64,000 nt of DNA, from the NCBI GenBank assembly GCA_963705105.1, contig CAVPIW010000012.1, positions 128,001-192,000 of the forward strand. Reading direction: 5' to 3'. The DNA comes from an uncultured Nitrospiraceae bacterium (lineage in GTDB: Bacteria; Nitrospirota; Thermodesulfovibrionia; Thermodesulfovibrionales; Dissulfurispiraceae). The notes under the pieces are model-generated. The model saw only the letters and a list, made by a program, of their open reading frames with translations, was not told where the DNA came from and did not search any database. Each line of letters opens with the position of its first letter. Positions within the stretch are counted from its first letter, which is position 1. Positions 43,973 to 54,177 of the stretch are shown here, piece after piece. The translations under genes were made by a program, and so were the position numbers.

Positions 43973-44761
43973 ATGCAGATCGACGATCTCCGCACAATCG
44001 GCAAACGTCTCTTTTCGGCGATAGGGCAAACGCGCCTGTCGCCCTGCGATTCCGCGTCGATCGGCAAGGGCGCGGGGGGCGATAAGACGTTCCCTATCGA
44101 CAAGACGGCTGAAGACATCATCATCTCGTCCCTGCAAGACCTCGGTGAACCGCTCAATGTCATCTCCGAGGAGGCCGGCCTTCTCGACATGCGGGGAGGA
44201 GGGTACAGAGTCATCATCGACCCCATCGACGGCAGCAAGAATGCCATCAACGGGATACCCTTCTACTGCACGTCCATCGCCGTTGCCGGGGGCGCCGAAA
44301 TGGGGAGCGTTTTCCTCTCCTATGTCATCAACCTTCTCACGGGCGACGAGTTCTGGGCCGAGAGGGGAAAGGGGGCCTTCTTCGGCGGCAGGAGGATCAC
44401 GACGCAGCAGGATGACATCCTCCGTCTCGTCGCCTATGAAGCCCAGACACCGGGACGTGACATCCCCGTCATCATGCCGCTCCTTGGGGCGTCCCAAAGG
44501 ACGCGGTGCCTCGGCGCCACCGCCCTCGATCTGGCCTATGTGGCATACGGGGCCGTGAGCATCTTCATCGCCCCGGCCATGTCGAGGAGCTACGATTTTG
44601 CGGGCGGCTGGCTCCTCGTCAGAGAAGCCGGCGGCGTCTTCACGGACCTTGACGGCAACTCCCTGGAGCATCTCGAAATCAGCCTCGGCAGGAGCGCCCC
44701 TCTCCTTGCCTCGGGCAACGAGGCCCTTCACGACAGGGCCCTCCGCCTGCTCCATGCCTGA
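43973..44761 (+). CDS. Inositol monophosphatase / FBPase-IMPase family
   Basis: ISEEAG, IIDPIDGSKN, YDFAGG. Confidence 0.9.
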   Translation: MQIDDLRTIGKRLFSAIGQTRLSPCDSASIGKGAGGDKTFPIDKTAEDIIISSLQDLGEPLNVISEEAGLLDMRGGGYRVIIDPIDGSKNAINGIPFYCTSIAVAGGAEMGSVFLSYVINLLTGDEFWAERGKGAFFGGRRITTQQDDILRLVAYEAQTPGRDIPVIMPLLGASQRTRCLGATALDLAYVAYGAVSIFIAPAMSRSYDFAGGWLLVREAGGVFTDLDGNSLEHLEISLGRSAPLLASGNEALHDRALRLLHA

Positions 44762-47378
44762 CACCATCCCCTCCATGGTGCTGAAGGCTGCGGCGTCCTT
44801 CGGAGACCGAACAGCCTTTCACTTCTTTGATGAAACCTGGAAGACCATGTCGTACGGTGAGCTCCTGGAACTCGTCCGTGCGGGCGCCGGATACCTGAAA
44901 TCCCGCGGAATCGTTAAGGGCGACCGGGTGGCGATCGTCGCTGAAAACAGGCCTGAATGGCCCGCGGCTTATCTCTCGATCGTTTTTTGCGGCGCCGTCG
45001 CCGTGCCGATCGACATTCAGCTCGGGCCGGACGACATCGGGAATCTCGTCAGGAATGCCGGGGTTGCATGCGTGATTCACAGCATAAAGACGGAAAAAAC
45101 AGTGCTCCGCTGCATCGAAGGGACGGAGATCATGGCGGTCGCCGTCGAAGCGATGAAGACAGGTGAGCCGCTTTCCCGGGGATATGAAGGGGCGGGAGAG
45201 ATTGAACCGAGTGACCTCGCCTCGATCATCTACACGTCGGGGACCACGGGCGTCCCCAAGGGCGTCATGCTCAGCCATGAGAACTTCTGTTCCGACGCGG
45301 CGGCCGTGCACGGGGCACACATCGTGTCCGAACATGACAATGTCCTGTCCGTGCTTCCTCTCCACCACACCTACCCATTCATGTGCACCTTTCTCGTCCC
45401 CCTGTCCATCGGCGCCTCCGTCACCTTCTCGCCCGGACTGAAGGCGGCCGATATCATCGCGGCAGTGCGGGAGACGGGAGTAACTGTCATCGTCGCCGTC
45501 CCGAGGCTGCTTGAGCTGATCAGGAACGGCGTCGTCGCGAAGATGAAGGAACTGGGCGTTATTTCCCGGCCTCTGATGGGCCTGATGCGTCTCTGCGGAG
45601 CGCTCAGGAGACAATACCACGTCAATGCGGGCAAGGCGATCTTCCGGTCAGTCCACAGCAACTTCAGGACCCTCCGGTTCTTCACGAGCGGCGGCGCCCG
45701 TCTCGATCCGGGGCTCATGACGGACCTCGAAGCCCTGGGTTTTACTATCCTTGAGGGATACGGTCTCACCGAGACGGCGCCGATCGTCACCTTCAACCCT
45801 CCCGAAAAAAGGGTGCCCGGATCGGCGGGGCAGCCCCTGCCGGGCGTGCAGATCGGCGTTGCCGATGACGGCGAGATCATGATCAAAGGCCCCATGGTGA
45901 CGAGCGGGTACTACCGGAACGAGAAGGCCACGGCGGGTACGTTCCGCGACGGCTGGTTCCTGACGGGCGATACGGGATACCTGGACGACAGGGGATATCT
46001 CTTCATTACGGGCCGGAAAAAGGAGGTCATCGTCCTCAGCACCGGGAAGAACGTCTATCCCGAAGACGTGGAGCGCGCCTATCTCGTCATCCCCCTCATC
46101 AAAGAGATCTGCGTGACCGTCCCTCCCCGGGGCGCGCCGGCCGATGCGCTCCATGCCGTCATCGTTCCGGACCTCGACTATGCGAGGAAATCCCACATCG
46201 GGAACATGGCCGAGACCCTCCGGTGGCAGATCAACGAGGTGAGCCAGGGGCTCCCGGAATACCAGCGGGTCCGGGGCTTCACGCTTCACGGCGAGCCTCT
46301 GCCGCGAACACCTCTGGGGAAGCTCAGGAGGTTTCTCGTGACGGCGATCCTCGAGGGCAAAGAGCAGGGGGCTCCCGAAAAGGGGGAGGACGGCTCGCTC
46401 CGTGAGGACGAGATCGGCAGGGGAGTCGTCTCGTGCATCATTTCCATCGTCGGTGACGAGAGGCCGGTTCATGGTTCGGACAACCTCGAGCTCGATCTCG
46501 GTTTCGACTCGCTTAGGCGGATAGAGTTCGTCTCAGCCGTCGAGAAGCGCTTCGGCATTTCCCTGCCCGACACATTCATGACCGAGGTCCAGACCGTCGG
46601 GGACGTGGTGACGAAGATCAGGGAATCGGGAGTCGAGGGTGGATCGGCACGCGACAGGGAGGCACGCGACTGGTCGGAGATCCTGCAGATCGAGCTGACC
46701 GAAGAGGATGCCCGGAAGGCCGGGTTTTCCCACGGCCCTCTCGAACTTGCCTGGCTGTCTGTCGTCTTTCCGCTCGTGCGGCTTTGCTTCCGGGCCTTCT
46801 TCAGACTCCGCGTGGAGGGCAAAGAGAACGTGCCGTCCTCGGGGCCCTTCATTTTTGCACCGAACCACCGGAGCTACCTCGACGGGTTCGTTGTCGGGTT
46901 CTCCTTTCCCTTCAGCACGTACAGGAACCTCTCCTTCCTCGGACTGCAGCAGTTTTTCCGCGGACGGACCGGCGCATGGATCGCGAGGATGAGCCATGTC
47001 ATCACCATCGATCCCGAGACCTACTTCATGCGCTCCCTCCAGTTGTCGGCCCATGTGCTCAGAAAGGGACGCTCCCTCTGCATCTTTCCCGAGGGGGGGC
47101 GGTCCTTCAGCGACGAAGTGCTGCCGTTCAAGAAGGGGATCGGCGTGCTCGCCGTCGAGCTGGACGTCGCGGTCATTCCCGTGTATCTCGAAGGGACCGG
47201 CGAGGCCCTGCCGCGGGGCGCCCGCTTCATCAGGTTGAAGCCCCTTCGTGTCATCATCGGAAAACCCCTTCGGATGCGCGACATCGACATGTCGGCAAGA
47301 CCCGGGGGTGTCGATGCCTATCAGTATTTCGCAGACACGCTGAGAGAGCGGGTCATCGCGCTGTCACAGCAACGGTGA
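44754..47378 (+). CDS. Acyl-CoA/ACP synthetase + ACP + PlsC-type acyltransferase fusion
   Basis: IYTSGTTGVPKG, EGYGLTE, TGDTG; LGFDSL (Ppant Ser); NHRSYLD, FPEGGR. Confidence 0.92.
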   Translation: MPDTIPSMVLKAAASFGDRTAFHFFDETWKTMSYGELLELVRAGAGYLKSRGIVKGDRVAIVAENRPEWPAAYLSIVFCGAVAVPIDIQLGPDDIGNLVRNAGVACVIHSIKTEKTVLRCIEGTEIMAVAVEAMKTGEPLSRGYEGAGEIEPSDLASIIYTSGTTGVPKGVMLSHENFCSDAAAVHGAHIVSEHDNVLSVLPLHHTYPFMCTFLVPLSIGASVTFSPGLKAADIIAAVRETGVTVIVAVPRLLELIRNGVVAKMKELGVISRPLMGLMRLCGALRRQYHVNAGKAIFRSVHSNFRTLRFFTSGGARLDPGLMTDLEALGFTILEGYGLTETAPIVTFNPPEKRVPGSAGQPLPGVQIGVADDGEIMIKGPMVTSGYYRNEKATAGTFRDGWFLTGDTGYLDDRGYLFITGRKKEVIVLSTGKNVYPEDVERAYLVIPLIKEICVTVPPRGAPADALHAVIVPDLDYARKSHIGNMAETLRWQINEVSQGLPEYQRVRGFTLHGEPLPRTPLGKLRRFLVTAILEGKEQGAPEKGEDGSLREDEIGRGVVSCIISIVGDERPVHGSDNLELDLGFDSLRRIEFVSAVEKRFGISLPDTFMTEVQTVGDVVTKIRESGVEGGSARDREARDWSEILQIELTEEDARKAGFSHGPLELAWLSVVFPLVRLCFRAFFRLRVEGKENVPSSGPFIFAPNHRSYLDGFVVGFSFPFSTYRNLSFLGLQQFFRGRTGAWIARMSHVITIDPETYFMRSLQLSAHVLRKGRSLCIFPEGGRSFSDEVLPFKKGIGVLAVELDVAVIPVYLEGTGEALPRGARFIRLKPLRVIIGKPLRMRDIDMSARPGGVDAYQYFADTLRERVIALSQQR

Positions 47379-47598
47379 CGGTGATGAAGCGAATCGCGTC
47401 GGGAATCCATTTGAAAAGAGAAAGATTCCGGACAAGCCGGAATGACAGAATCTTATACTGACCGTGGCTCTAACAATGAACCCATTAGTATCTCCCGGCA
47501 GCCGCACAGGGATATGGCGAGCCCGGTGAGCATGAACACACCCAGGATGACCCTGATCACCGTGACCATCACGAGGGCCGCCCCGGTCCGATGGATGC

Positions 47599-47931
47599 CT
47601 ATTTCACGTCCCGGAATTTCGCCTCGATCGCGCTGATGTCCTCGATGCGCACAAGGGCGTCATAGAAATCCCTGCCGGCGAGCTTTTCGATGTGGACGAG
47701 ACCGTTGCCGACGGACTTGACGTAGCCCTGGAACGTCTTCCCGGATCTCAGATGGACATGAACGTTCTTGCCCGTGTAGAACGTGAGATTATCCGCCAGT
47801 GATTCAGCGGTATTGAATTTTACTCCCTCCAAAGCAGTTGCATCTTTGGCCTGCGCCCCGGCAGGAAGCATTCCCCAGCTCATGACGACGGCCAATACCG
47901 CAGGCAGAAAAAGCCTGACACTCTTCTTCAT
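47599..47931 (-). CDS. Small exported protein (Sm-like strand pattern)
   Basis: Signal peptide; GKNVHVHLRSGKTFQGYVK. Confidence 0.75.
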   Translation of the reverse strand: MKKSVRLFLPAVLAVVMSWGMLPAGAQAKDATALEGVKFNTAESLADNLTFYTGKNVHVHLRSGKTFQGYVKSVGNGLVHIEKLAGRDFYDALVRIEDISAIEAKFRDVK

Positions 47932-48096
47932 GGTTCATCTCCTCTTTGCCCGTGTTTCGTTTTTATTGTCAGTGTCTATCACTGCGAGACAGCGCCGTTA
48001 CCTGTCAACCTCAGCCGATCATGTTGCAGTCTGACTCGAATTGCAGCGGGTTGCCACGCTTCAGATCTTCTGTAGCTGCGGAAAACAGGCACACCA

Positions 48097-48152
48097 GGGC
48101 TTTTCGGCGTATACGCCCCGCCTTTCCGGAGTGCTTATGCAATGATAAGGTT
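48097..48152 (-). repeat. MITE-like repeat, copy D (5' fragment)
   Basis: Begins at the TAA of the upstream gene: TAAccttatcattgc..ggaaaggcgggg. Confidence 0.75.
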
Positions 48153-48696
48153 ACGGGGGCGGGGGTGACCCGGGGTAAGGCGAATACGAGGACGGCGGCG
48201 GTGCCCCGTAGTCAGGCGGCGGAGGGGGGGTCCTCTGGTAACGACGGGTCCGCTGTGTCATGCCGGGAATCTGGTTCCCCTTCGCATACATGCACTGCAG
48301 ATAGGCGATGTCATACCGCCGCTGCGCCTCCCACCCGTAGACCTGGCCTGCGCCGGCCCCGCTGGTCGCTCCGAAGAGGAGTCCCGTGCCGGCTCCGATG
48401 GCCGCACCGGTCCCGGTGTCGCCCGAAGCGGAACCGATGGCCGCCCCGAGGCCCGCTCCAATGATCGTGCCGATGACGGCCCCTGCGGCGGTGTTCTGAT
48501 TGATCGTATCCTGGGGGGATATCCCGATTTGCTGCGCCGCCCACTGCCTGCAGACGGCATCCTCTGCCCGGAATTGATCGAAGGGTTTATCAGGGGCCGG
48601 CAGCACCATAACGCTGGGTCCAGCGGGTACGGTGGCGCACCCCCCCATCGTCAGCAGCGCGACCAGAAGCAACAAGACTTTCCCTTGCTTCAACAT
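48151..48696 (-). CDS. Glycine-zipper lipoprotein (YMGG-like) with Pro-rich tail
   Basis: Lipobox MGGC, GAxxGAxxG repeats, QRRYDIAYLQCMYAKG. Confidence 0.88.
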   Translation of the reverse strand: MLKQGKVLLLLVALLTMGGCATVPAGPSVMVLPAPDKPFDQFRAEDAVCRQWAAQQIGISPQDTINQNTAAGAVIGTIIGAGLGAAIGSASGDTGTGAAIGAGTGLLFGATSGAGAGQVYGWEAQRRYDIAYLQCMYAKGNQIPGMTQRTRRYQRTPPPPPDYGAPPPSSYSPYPGSPPPP

Positions 48697-48700
48697 TTTT

Positions 48701-49120
48701 TCACTCCTCCCAGTCCGGCGGCGGAGGAGGCGGAACGACTTTCATCCAGCCGCCGGGACAGCGGTTGACATAGGGATAATAAGCCCGGGCATCGGGGCAG
48801 TAATACCAGAACGTCTCTTCCTCGGCCTCGGGCTCCGGAGCCTGCTCCTCATAGCGCGGCAGGGGCTGCTCGACGACAGGTGGCCCCGGATAGTAGTAAG
48901 GATAGCCCTGCGCACCCCACCACCACGGTCCCCAGACACCCCAGCCCCATCCCGGCCCGAGCACGACACCACCGCTGAAGGTGAAATGTGACCCGTACGC
49001 GTCCACAAAACCGGCGCCTGTCAGAAGCAACGCCGCGATGAGAAGAAGAAGGAGAAGGCTCAGCCGGCCCGCGGCTTCTTTGCATCGTAATGAGGATGTA
49101 AGGAGAGGATGAATATGCAT
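48701..49120 (-). CDS. Pro/Trp/Tyr-rich exported hypothetical protein
   Basis: Hydrophobic leader; WYYCPD..YYPYV..CPGGW; start uncertain (49126 or 49120). Confidence 0.75.
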   Translation of the reverse strand: MHIHPLLTSSLRCKEAAGRLSLLLLLLIAALLLTGAGFVDAYGSHFTFSGGVVLGPGWGWGVWGPWWWGAQGYPYYYPGPPVVEQPLPRYEEQAPEPEAEEETFWYYCPDARAYYPYVNRCPGGWMKVVPPPPPPDWEE

Positions 49121-49374
49121 ACACATATTTTATCACGATTTCATTTCAGATCCCACACTGTCGCACAAGCCTGGTCAATTTGACAGGACACCCGGAGAGA
49201 AGTAAAGGATCGTGCTCGTATTGAGATTCTCCCTCTCCCGTGATATTATCGAATTATACTGAAAGAGCGGTTTCTGCCGGCTGCAGCCATCGGTGCTGAC
49301 GCCGGAGCATCTCATTTTCTCTCCATTCACCCCGTGCGGGCCGGTGCATACCGGCCGAAAGCAGGAGGCTTACC

Positions 49375-50184
49375 ATGGATACGACAACTCTTCTTGCAAG
49401 CCTTAACGCCATGTTGATCAGCATCGGCTGGAAGCTTCTCGGCGCCCTGGTGCTGTGGGTCGCCGGCCGCATGCTGATCCGGTTCACGATGCGCCTGCTG
49501 GGCGGAGGAATGCGTGCCAGGGGCATCGAGGCCACAATCATCCGTTACGTGCAGAACACGGTCAACGTGCTGCTGACGATCATCCTGGTGATCGCCATAC
49601 TCGAGGTGTTCGGAGTCCAGACCACCACGTTCGCCGCCCTGCTTGCCGGTGCGGGCCTGGCCGTGGGGGCAGCCTGGAGCGGCCTGCTCTCCAACTTCGC
49701 CGCAGGCGCTTTCCTGGTCATCCTGCGCCCCTTCAAAGTGGGAGACTTCGTCACCGCAGGAGGAATCACCGGGACGGTGGAGGAAATCGGGTTGTTCGTC
49801 AGCACCATCAACACGCCCGACAACATCCGTACCTATATCGGGAACAGCAAGATTCTCGGCGACAACATCCAGAACTTCACAGCCAATCCTTACCGGCGCG
49901 TGGACATCACGGCCCAGGTGGCCCATTCCATGGATCCCGTTCAGGCTATGGAAAAGATCGCCGAAAGAGTGAAAAAGATCCCCAACGTTCTGACCGAGCC
50001 GGCGCCGGACCTGAAGATTTTGGCTCACACGCCGGCGGGATGCGTTCTCGCGGTGCGGCCCTATTGCAACAACAGCAACTACTGGCAGGTCTACTTCGAC
50101 ACGCAGCGCGCAATCCGGGAAGCCCTCGGTGCAGCCGGATACCCTGCGCCCGAGTTCGTCGTCGAGCTGAACGCCATGGGGTAA
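49375..50184 (+). CDS. mscS: Small-conductance mechanosensitive channel
   Basis: AGAGLAVG..LSNFAAG..RPFKVGD..GTVEEIG. Confidence 0.93.
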   Translation: MDTTTLLASLNAMLISIGWKLLGALVLWVAGRMLIRFTMRLLGGGMRARGIEATIIRYVQNTVNVLLTIILVIAILEVFGVQTTTFAALLAGAGLAVGAAWSGLLSNFAAGAFLVILRPFKVGDFVTAGGITGTVEEIGLFVSTINTPDNIRTYIGNSKILGDNIQNFTANPYRRVDITAQVAHSMDPVQAMEKIAERVKKIPNVLTEPAPDLKILAHTPAGCVLAVRPYCNNSNYWQVYFDTQRAIREALGAAGYPAPEFVVELNAMG

Positions 50185-50431
50185 CCTTATTGTTGCAGTA
50201 GGATTTCCGGAAAGGCGGGGTGTGGGCGCCGAAAACCCTGCTGCGGCGACACCTTTGCCTTCCCATGAAGACGTTTTCAGGCAAAGGGCTGAAAAAAGTG
50301 ACCCTTTTACGGACACTCACACTGACACTGTTTTTCAGAGCGTTTCGCCCCGCCTTTTCATGCAACAGAAAGATTAACCTTGCCGTTGCATAAGCCCCGC
50401 CTTTCCCGGGAGTGTGTTGCAACGATAAGGT
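50183..50431 (+). repeat. MITE-like repeat, copy E (full length 50183-50366) plus an inverted 5'-end fragment (50394-50431)
   Basis: Imperfect TIRs GTTGCA..AAAGGCGGGG / CCCCGCCTTT..TGCAAC. Confidence 0.88.
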
Positions 50432-50475
50432 AAACAATCATGCTCGCTGCAAAATATTTGGACAGGGGTGAAACT

Positions 50476-53049
50476 CTATTTATGTAGCTCGATGACCGAT
50501 ATGTCTTTACCGAGCTCGTTGACAGGGTCGACGATGATCTTGTCCTCTGCGACTGAGTACACGTAGTCGTCCATGAATATGCTCCGCTTTACGACCGTCT
50601 GAGGCTGGGTCCACCAACTGCCGCACATCTGCGGGGCCTGGGGCGATAAAGGGCTGACGTGGGACACTCCTCCCTTGAAGGAAAACCCCGATCGCACCGA
50701 GACGTCATAGACGAGCAGGCCGCTGAAGGTCATCGTGGTGTTATACATGTCGCCTCCTGCGACGCCCTCGCAGATCGTCGCAGGTATCGCGAGAAGGCCC
50801 TTCGATGCGAAGTAGTTGAAGGCAAGATGGTTCGTCGCGGCTTCGGAGGCCGTTCCCCTCGTGCCGATCACTTCCCTGTGCATGAGGCTGGGGTTCGCCA
50901 TGTCGCCCACATCGAAGATCTGGAGCATGATGCCCTGAAACCATGCGAAGTCTCCCTGGTCCGCGGCATCATAGCCGATGGTCAAAAGATGCGACTCATC
51001 CATAAGATGCATATACGTGGAGTACCCCGGAATCTTGAGCGTCCCGACGACCTTCGGTGATGCGGGAGAACTCAGGTCGAGAGAAAACAAGGGATCGGTC
51101 TTCTTAAACGTCACCAAAAAACCTCTTTCGCCGTAGAACCTGGCAGAGCGTACATCTTCCCCGGGTGCGATGTTGTCCACCTGACCGGCAAGAACAAGCT
51201 CACCATTCGTCTCCTGCAGTATGCTTACAGTGCTGTGCGTTCGCGGATCAGGCAGGTGGCCGCTCGTTGAGGCGATCCGGAAATGCCCGTCCCATTCATC
51301 CATGGAGAACTGGTTCAGGACATTGCCCTTCACGGAACCGCTTGCAGTGTATACGTTCGCGGCAGGGTTCGATCCGATGCTGAATTTGTGCACCACCGTC
51401 GACTCCTTTGGAACCTCCGGCATTCCGAAGACCGGGGCAAACGGGATTGACGCGTGCTGCCTTGCCGCGACATAGAGGGATGCCGGAGTGGCGTAGACCG
51501 CTCCCGGCCGCCCCAGAATCGTCGTCGCCTTTACATCGTCATTCCTGTCCATGTCCAGGGAGAGGACCGACAGGAACGACTGGCCGTCGGGCAGGACTGT
51601 TGAGCTGAAATCCCGGCAGTCGGCGAGTATGTTGTCCGTGCTGACCGTGGTCCCGTCGATGTGGCGGATGTCTTCGATACTCGGCAGCACGTCCGATATG
51701 TCGGCATTCTCTATGGCAAGACGATTCGTTGTTTTGAGATCCTCCAGGGCCGTCACCACTTCCTCAACCGACGGTCGTGTCGGCGCCCCGGGACCATATG
51801 TCCAGCAGTGGTTCATGATGTCGGGCCAGTAGGAGACACCAGGGAAGGACGGGGGAGGGAAGGTCGCAACGGTGTGGACGGCCGTGCCGATCCTTCGCGC
51901 ATTTATATAGGACCCTGAAAGTCTCAGCTCGCGCTGGAGCACAGGGTTTGCGGGATCGGTGATGTCGAAGACCGATATCTTCGTCTTTCTGCCGTCACCG
52001 GTGAAGTCGCAGTCATACCCGTAGGAGCACTCCGGCACTCCCGGATAGAAGGCGCCGAGGGACCCCCAGGGGCTGTTGTACGGGCCGGAAAGGTCGATCG
52101 ATCCGAGGCTGGAATACACGAGGGCCTTGCCCGAAGAAACGAAGAGCTTCCTCGGTTCCCCTTCAATCGCCTGGGAGCCGATCACCCTGCTCTCCTGCGG
52201 AGGCCAGGCGTCGATGATCTGGAAGCGCCCGTCGGCGACGATATAGATGAGCGAACCGTCGTTCTTGACGAAGTCCGCCTCATCCACGCCTGCCACCTGG
52301 ACGTTCGTTCCGGAATACTGTGTCGCGCCGCCGTCGGCAACGGGCGCAGCAGGCGGGGGCACAGGGCCGGCGGAGAAATAGACTGGTATGGGACAGACGC
52401 CGTAGTTGAGCACGTCCTGAGTCAGACTGAAGATGGTCTCCTCCATCTCTCTCACTGCCCGATCCTTCAAAGACTGCAGGACGGCATCGCATCCGTTCAG
52501 GGGAGTGAGCGCTGAGAGGTGTTGCGCTACCGCCCGGGGCGAGGAATCGAAGGACGTCTCCCACAGGAAGTGCCTTTCCTGACTGCCCGCAGGAGTCACG
52601 GCGACATAGAATTTATATTCCCCGGGAGGAAGGCTCGACACCTGAATGCTGTCGAAGACAATCTCCCTGCTGATTTCCCGTATCCCGGCTTTCCATGGTT
52701 CAAGACCCTGGGAGGCGGGCTGCAGGCGGCCGTCCCCGTTCAATATGTAAATGTTCTTATCATCGACTGCCGCAGAGAAAACTCCGACATACAGATCGAC
52801 GGGACCGTCAAACCTGCTGAAGGCTGTCTCCACAGACAGCAGGTCTCCCCTGAAGGAAAGACCGAGCGGCCTCGCCTGGAGAGGATCGGCACTCGTGACC
52901 GGCATGGACAATGGGACGAACTGAAAAGCGTCTCCGCCCCCGGGGACTGACATAGCCGGAGCCGGCGATGAAATCGACAGGCAGAGAAGAACAAACGAAA
53001 CCATGACAAACCCTGCCATGATCCTCCCGAAAAGAGTGCCTCTGGTCAT
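50476..53049 (-). CDS. Secreted beta-propeller domain protein with an extra N-terminal domain
   Basis: YSGTNVQVAGVDEADFVKNDG, LNQFSMDE, VTFKKTDPLF, LKIPGYSTYMH. Confidence 0.9.
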   Translation of the reverse strand: MTRGTLFGRIMAGFVMVSFVLLCLSISSPAPAMSVPGGGDAFQFVPLSMPVTSADPLQARPLGLSFRGDLLSVETAFSRFDGPVDLYVGVFSAAVDDKNIYILNGDGRLQPASQGLEPWKAGIREISREIVFDSIQVSSLPPGEYKFYVAVTPAGSQERHFLWETSFDSSPRAVAQHLSALTPLNGCDAVLQSLKDRAVREMEETIFSLTQDVLNYGVCPIPVYFSAGPVPPPAAPVADGGATQYSGTNVQVAGVDEADFVKNDGSLIYIVADGRFQIIDAWPPQESRVIGSQAIEGEPRKLFVSSGKALVYSSLGSIDLSGPYNSPWGSLGAFYPGVPECSYGYDCDFTGDGRKTKISVFDITDPANPVLQRELRLSGSYINARRIGTAVHTVATFPPPSFPGVSYWPDIMNHCWTYGPGAPTRPSVEEVVTALEDLKTTNRLAIENADISDVLPSIEDIRHIDGTTVSTDNILADCRDFSSTVLPDGQSFLSVLSLDMDRNDDVKATTILGRPGAVYATPASLYVAARQHASIPFAPVFGMPEVPKESTVVHKFSIGSNPAANVYTASGSVKGNVLNQFSMDEWDGHFRIASTSGHLPDPRTHSTVSILQETNGELVLAGQVDNIAPGEDVRSARFYGERGFLVTFKKTDPLFSLDLSSPASPKVVGTLKIPGYSTYMHLMDESHLLTIGYDAADQGDFAWFQGIMLQIFDVGDMANPSLMHREVIGTRGTASEAATNHLAFNYFASKGLLAIPATICEGVAGGDMYNTTMTFSGLLVYDVSVRSGFSFKGGVSHVSPLSPQAPQMCGSWWTQPQTVVKRSIFMDDYVYSVAEDKIIVDPVNELGKDISVIELHK

Positions 53050-53193
53050 GTTGTCCTCCCTATTAAAGAATTCGCAAGCCTCGCCCCTTTCACGCCGATG
53101 CATCCGGGTTTCGGTCTTCCTGGCGCTGTGCATCGGCGCAGGCGGGAACTTCCGGTCTCTCTCCAGAGCATCCCTCAGAATATCACATTCACA

Positions 53194-53379
53194 TTATCGC
53201 TGCAATACACTCCCGGGAAAGGCGGGGCTGGGGTGAATGCGCCGAAAACCCTGCTGCGGCGACACCTTTGCCTTCCCATGAAGACGTTTTCAGGCAAAAG
53301 GCTGAAAAAGGTGACCCTTTTACGGACACTCACAATGACACTGTTTTTCAGAGCGCTTCGCCCCGCCTTTCCATGCAAC
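53194..53379 (+). repeat. MITE-like repeat, copy F
   Basis: Near-identical to copies E and G. Confidence 0.88.
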
Positions 53380-53554
53380 AGGAAGGTTCAGTAACGCGGA
53401 GGTGGTTGAGTTCTCGCAAAGAAACAAGGAGTTCGTCCCAGTCTTGACCGTCATGTCGATGCCGGGCTTCCTGCGGTTTTCAGGGTACAGGGTTGGAGAA
53501 GAATGACTCTTATATGGTACATTTAAAGAAAGTGACAATTGGGAAGGGAGCATT

Positions 53555-53908
53555 ATGGGAAATTTTGTCTACAAGGAATACACGCCGGAGGAGAGCGAGA
53601 TATACGAGGCGGCGCTCATGCAGATAAAGAAGTCGGTGAAGGACGGGTTGCCGTTCCACGATGCCTGCACCGCCGTCTGTATCGAAGATACGGAACTGAA
53701 AAGCTTCATCGTTTCCGACGCCCTGAAGATCCTCATCGCGGAGCTCCACTTCGTGGGGAATCTTCCCCTTGATAAAGTGGGCGAACTCCTCTGTTTGACA
53801 AGAACGGAGATCGGCACTGCCGTGAAAGAGATGCTCGAAGATGTGGGGATATCCTCGGCTGAGATGTTCAAGAAGCTCAACCCGGACAGCCCGATCGGCA
53901 ACGCATAG
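53555..53908 (+). CDS. Hypothetical protein, first gene of the redox operon
   Basis: RBS; 117 aa; co-oriented tight operon. Confidence 0.75.
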   Translation: MGNFVYKEYTPEESEIYEAALMQIKKSVKDGLPFHDACTAVCIEDTELKSFIVSDALKILIAELHFVGNLPLDKVGELLCLTRTEIGTAVKEMLEDVGISSAEMFKKLNPDSPIGNA

Positions 53909-53916
53909 GAGGTGTG

Positions 53917-54177
53917 ATGGGAGATCAGAACAAGAGAGTCAGGGTTTACGGTCTTACAACGTGCCCGTCCTGCAAGAGGGTGAAAAAATACCTCGAAGAG
54001 CAGGGCGTCCAGTTCGAATACATCGAAGTCGATGCCCTTGACAGCGGCGAGCAGTGGCTCAAGACAAAGGAGCTGAAGCAATACAATCCGCAGGGCACCT
54101 ACCCGACCGTCATTGTCGAGGATGTCATCCTCGGCCTTGATGAGGCAGGACTGAAAAAGGCCCTGAACCTGTCATGA
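53917..54177 (+). CDS. Glutaredoxin/NrdH-like protein
   Basis: CPSC active site; TYPT cis-Pro motif. Confidence 0.9.
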   Translation: MGDQNKRVRVYGLTTCPSCKRVKKYLEEQGVQFEYIEVDALDSGEQWLKTKELKQYNPQGTYPTVIVEDVILGLDEAGLKKALNLS

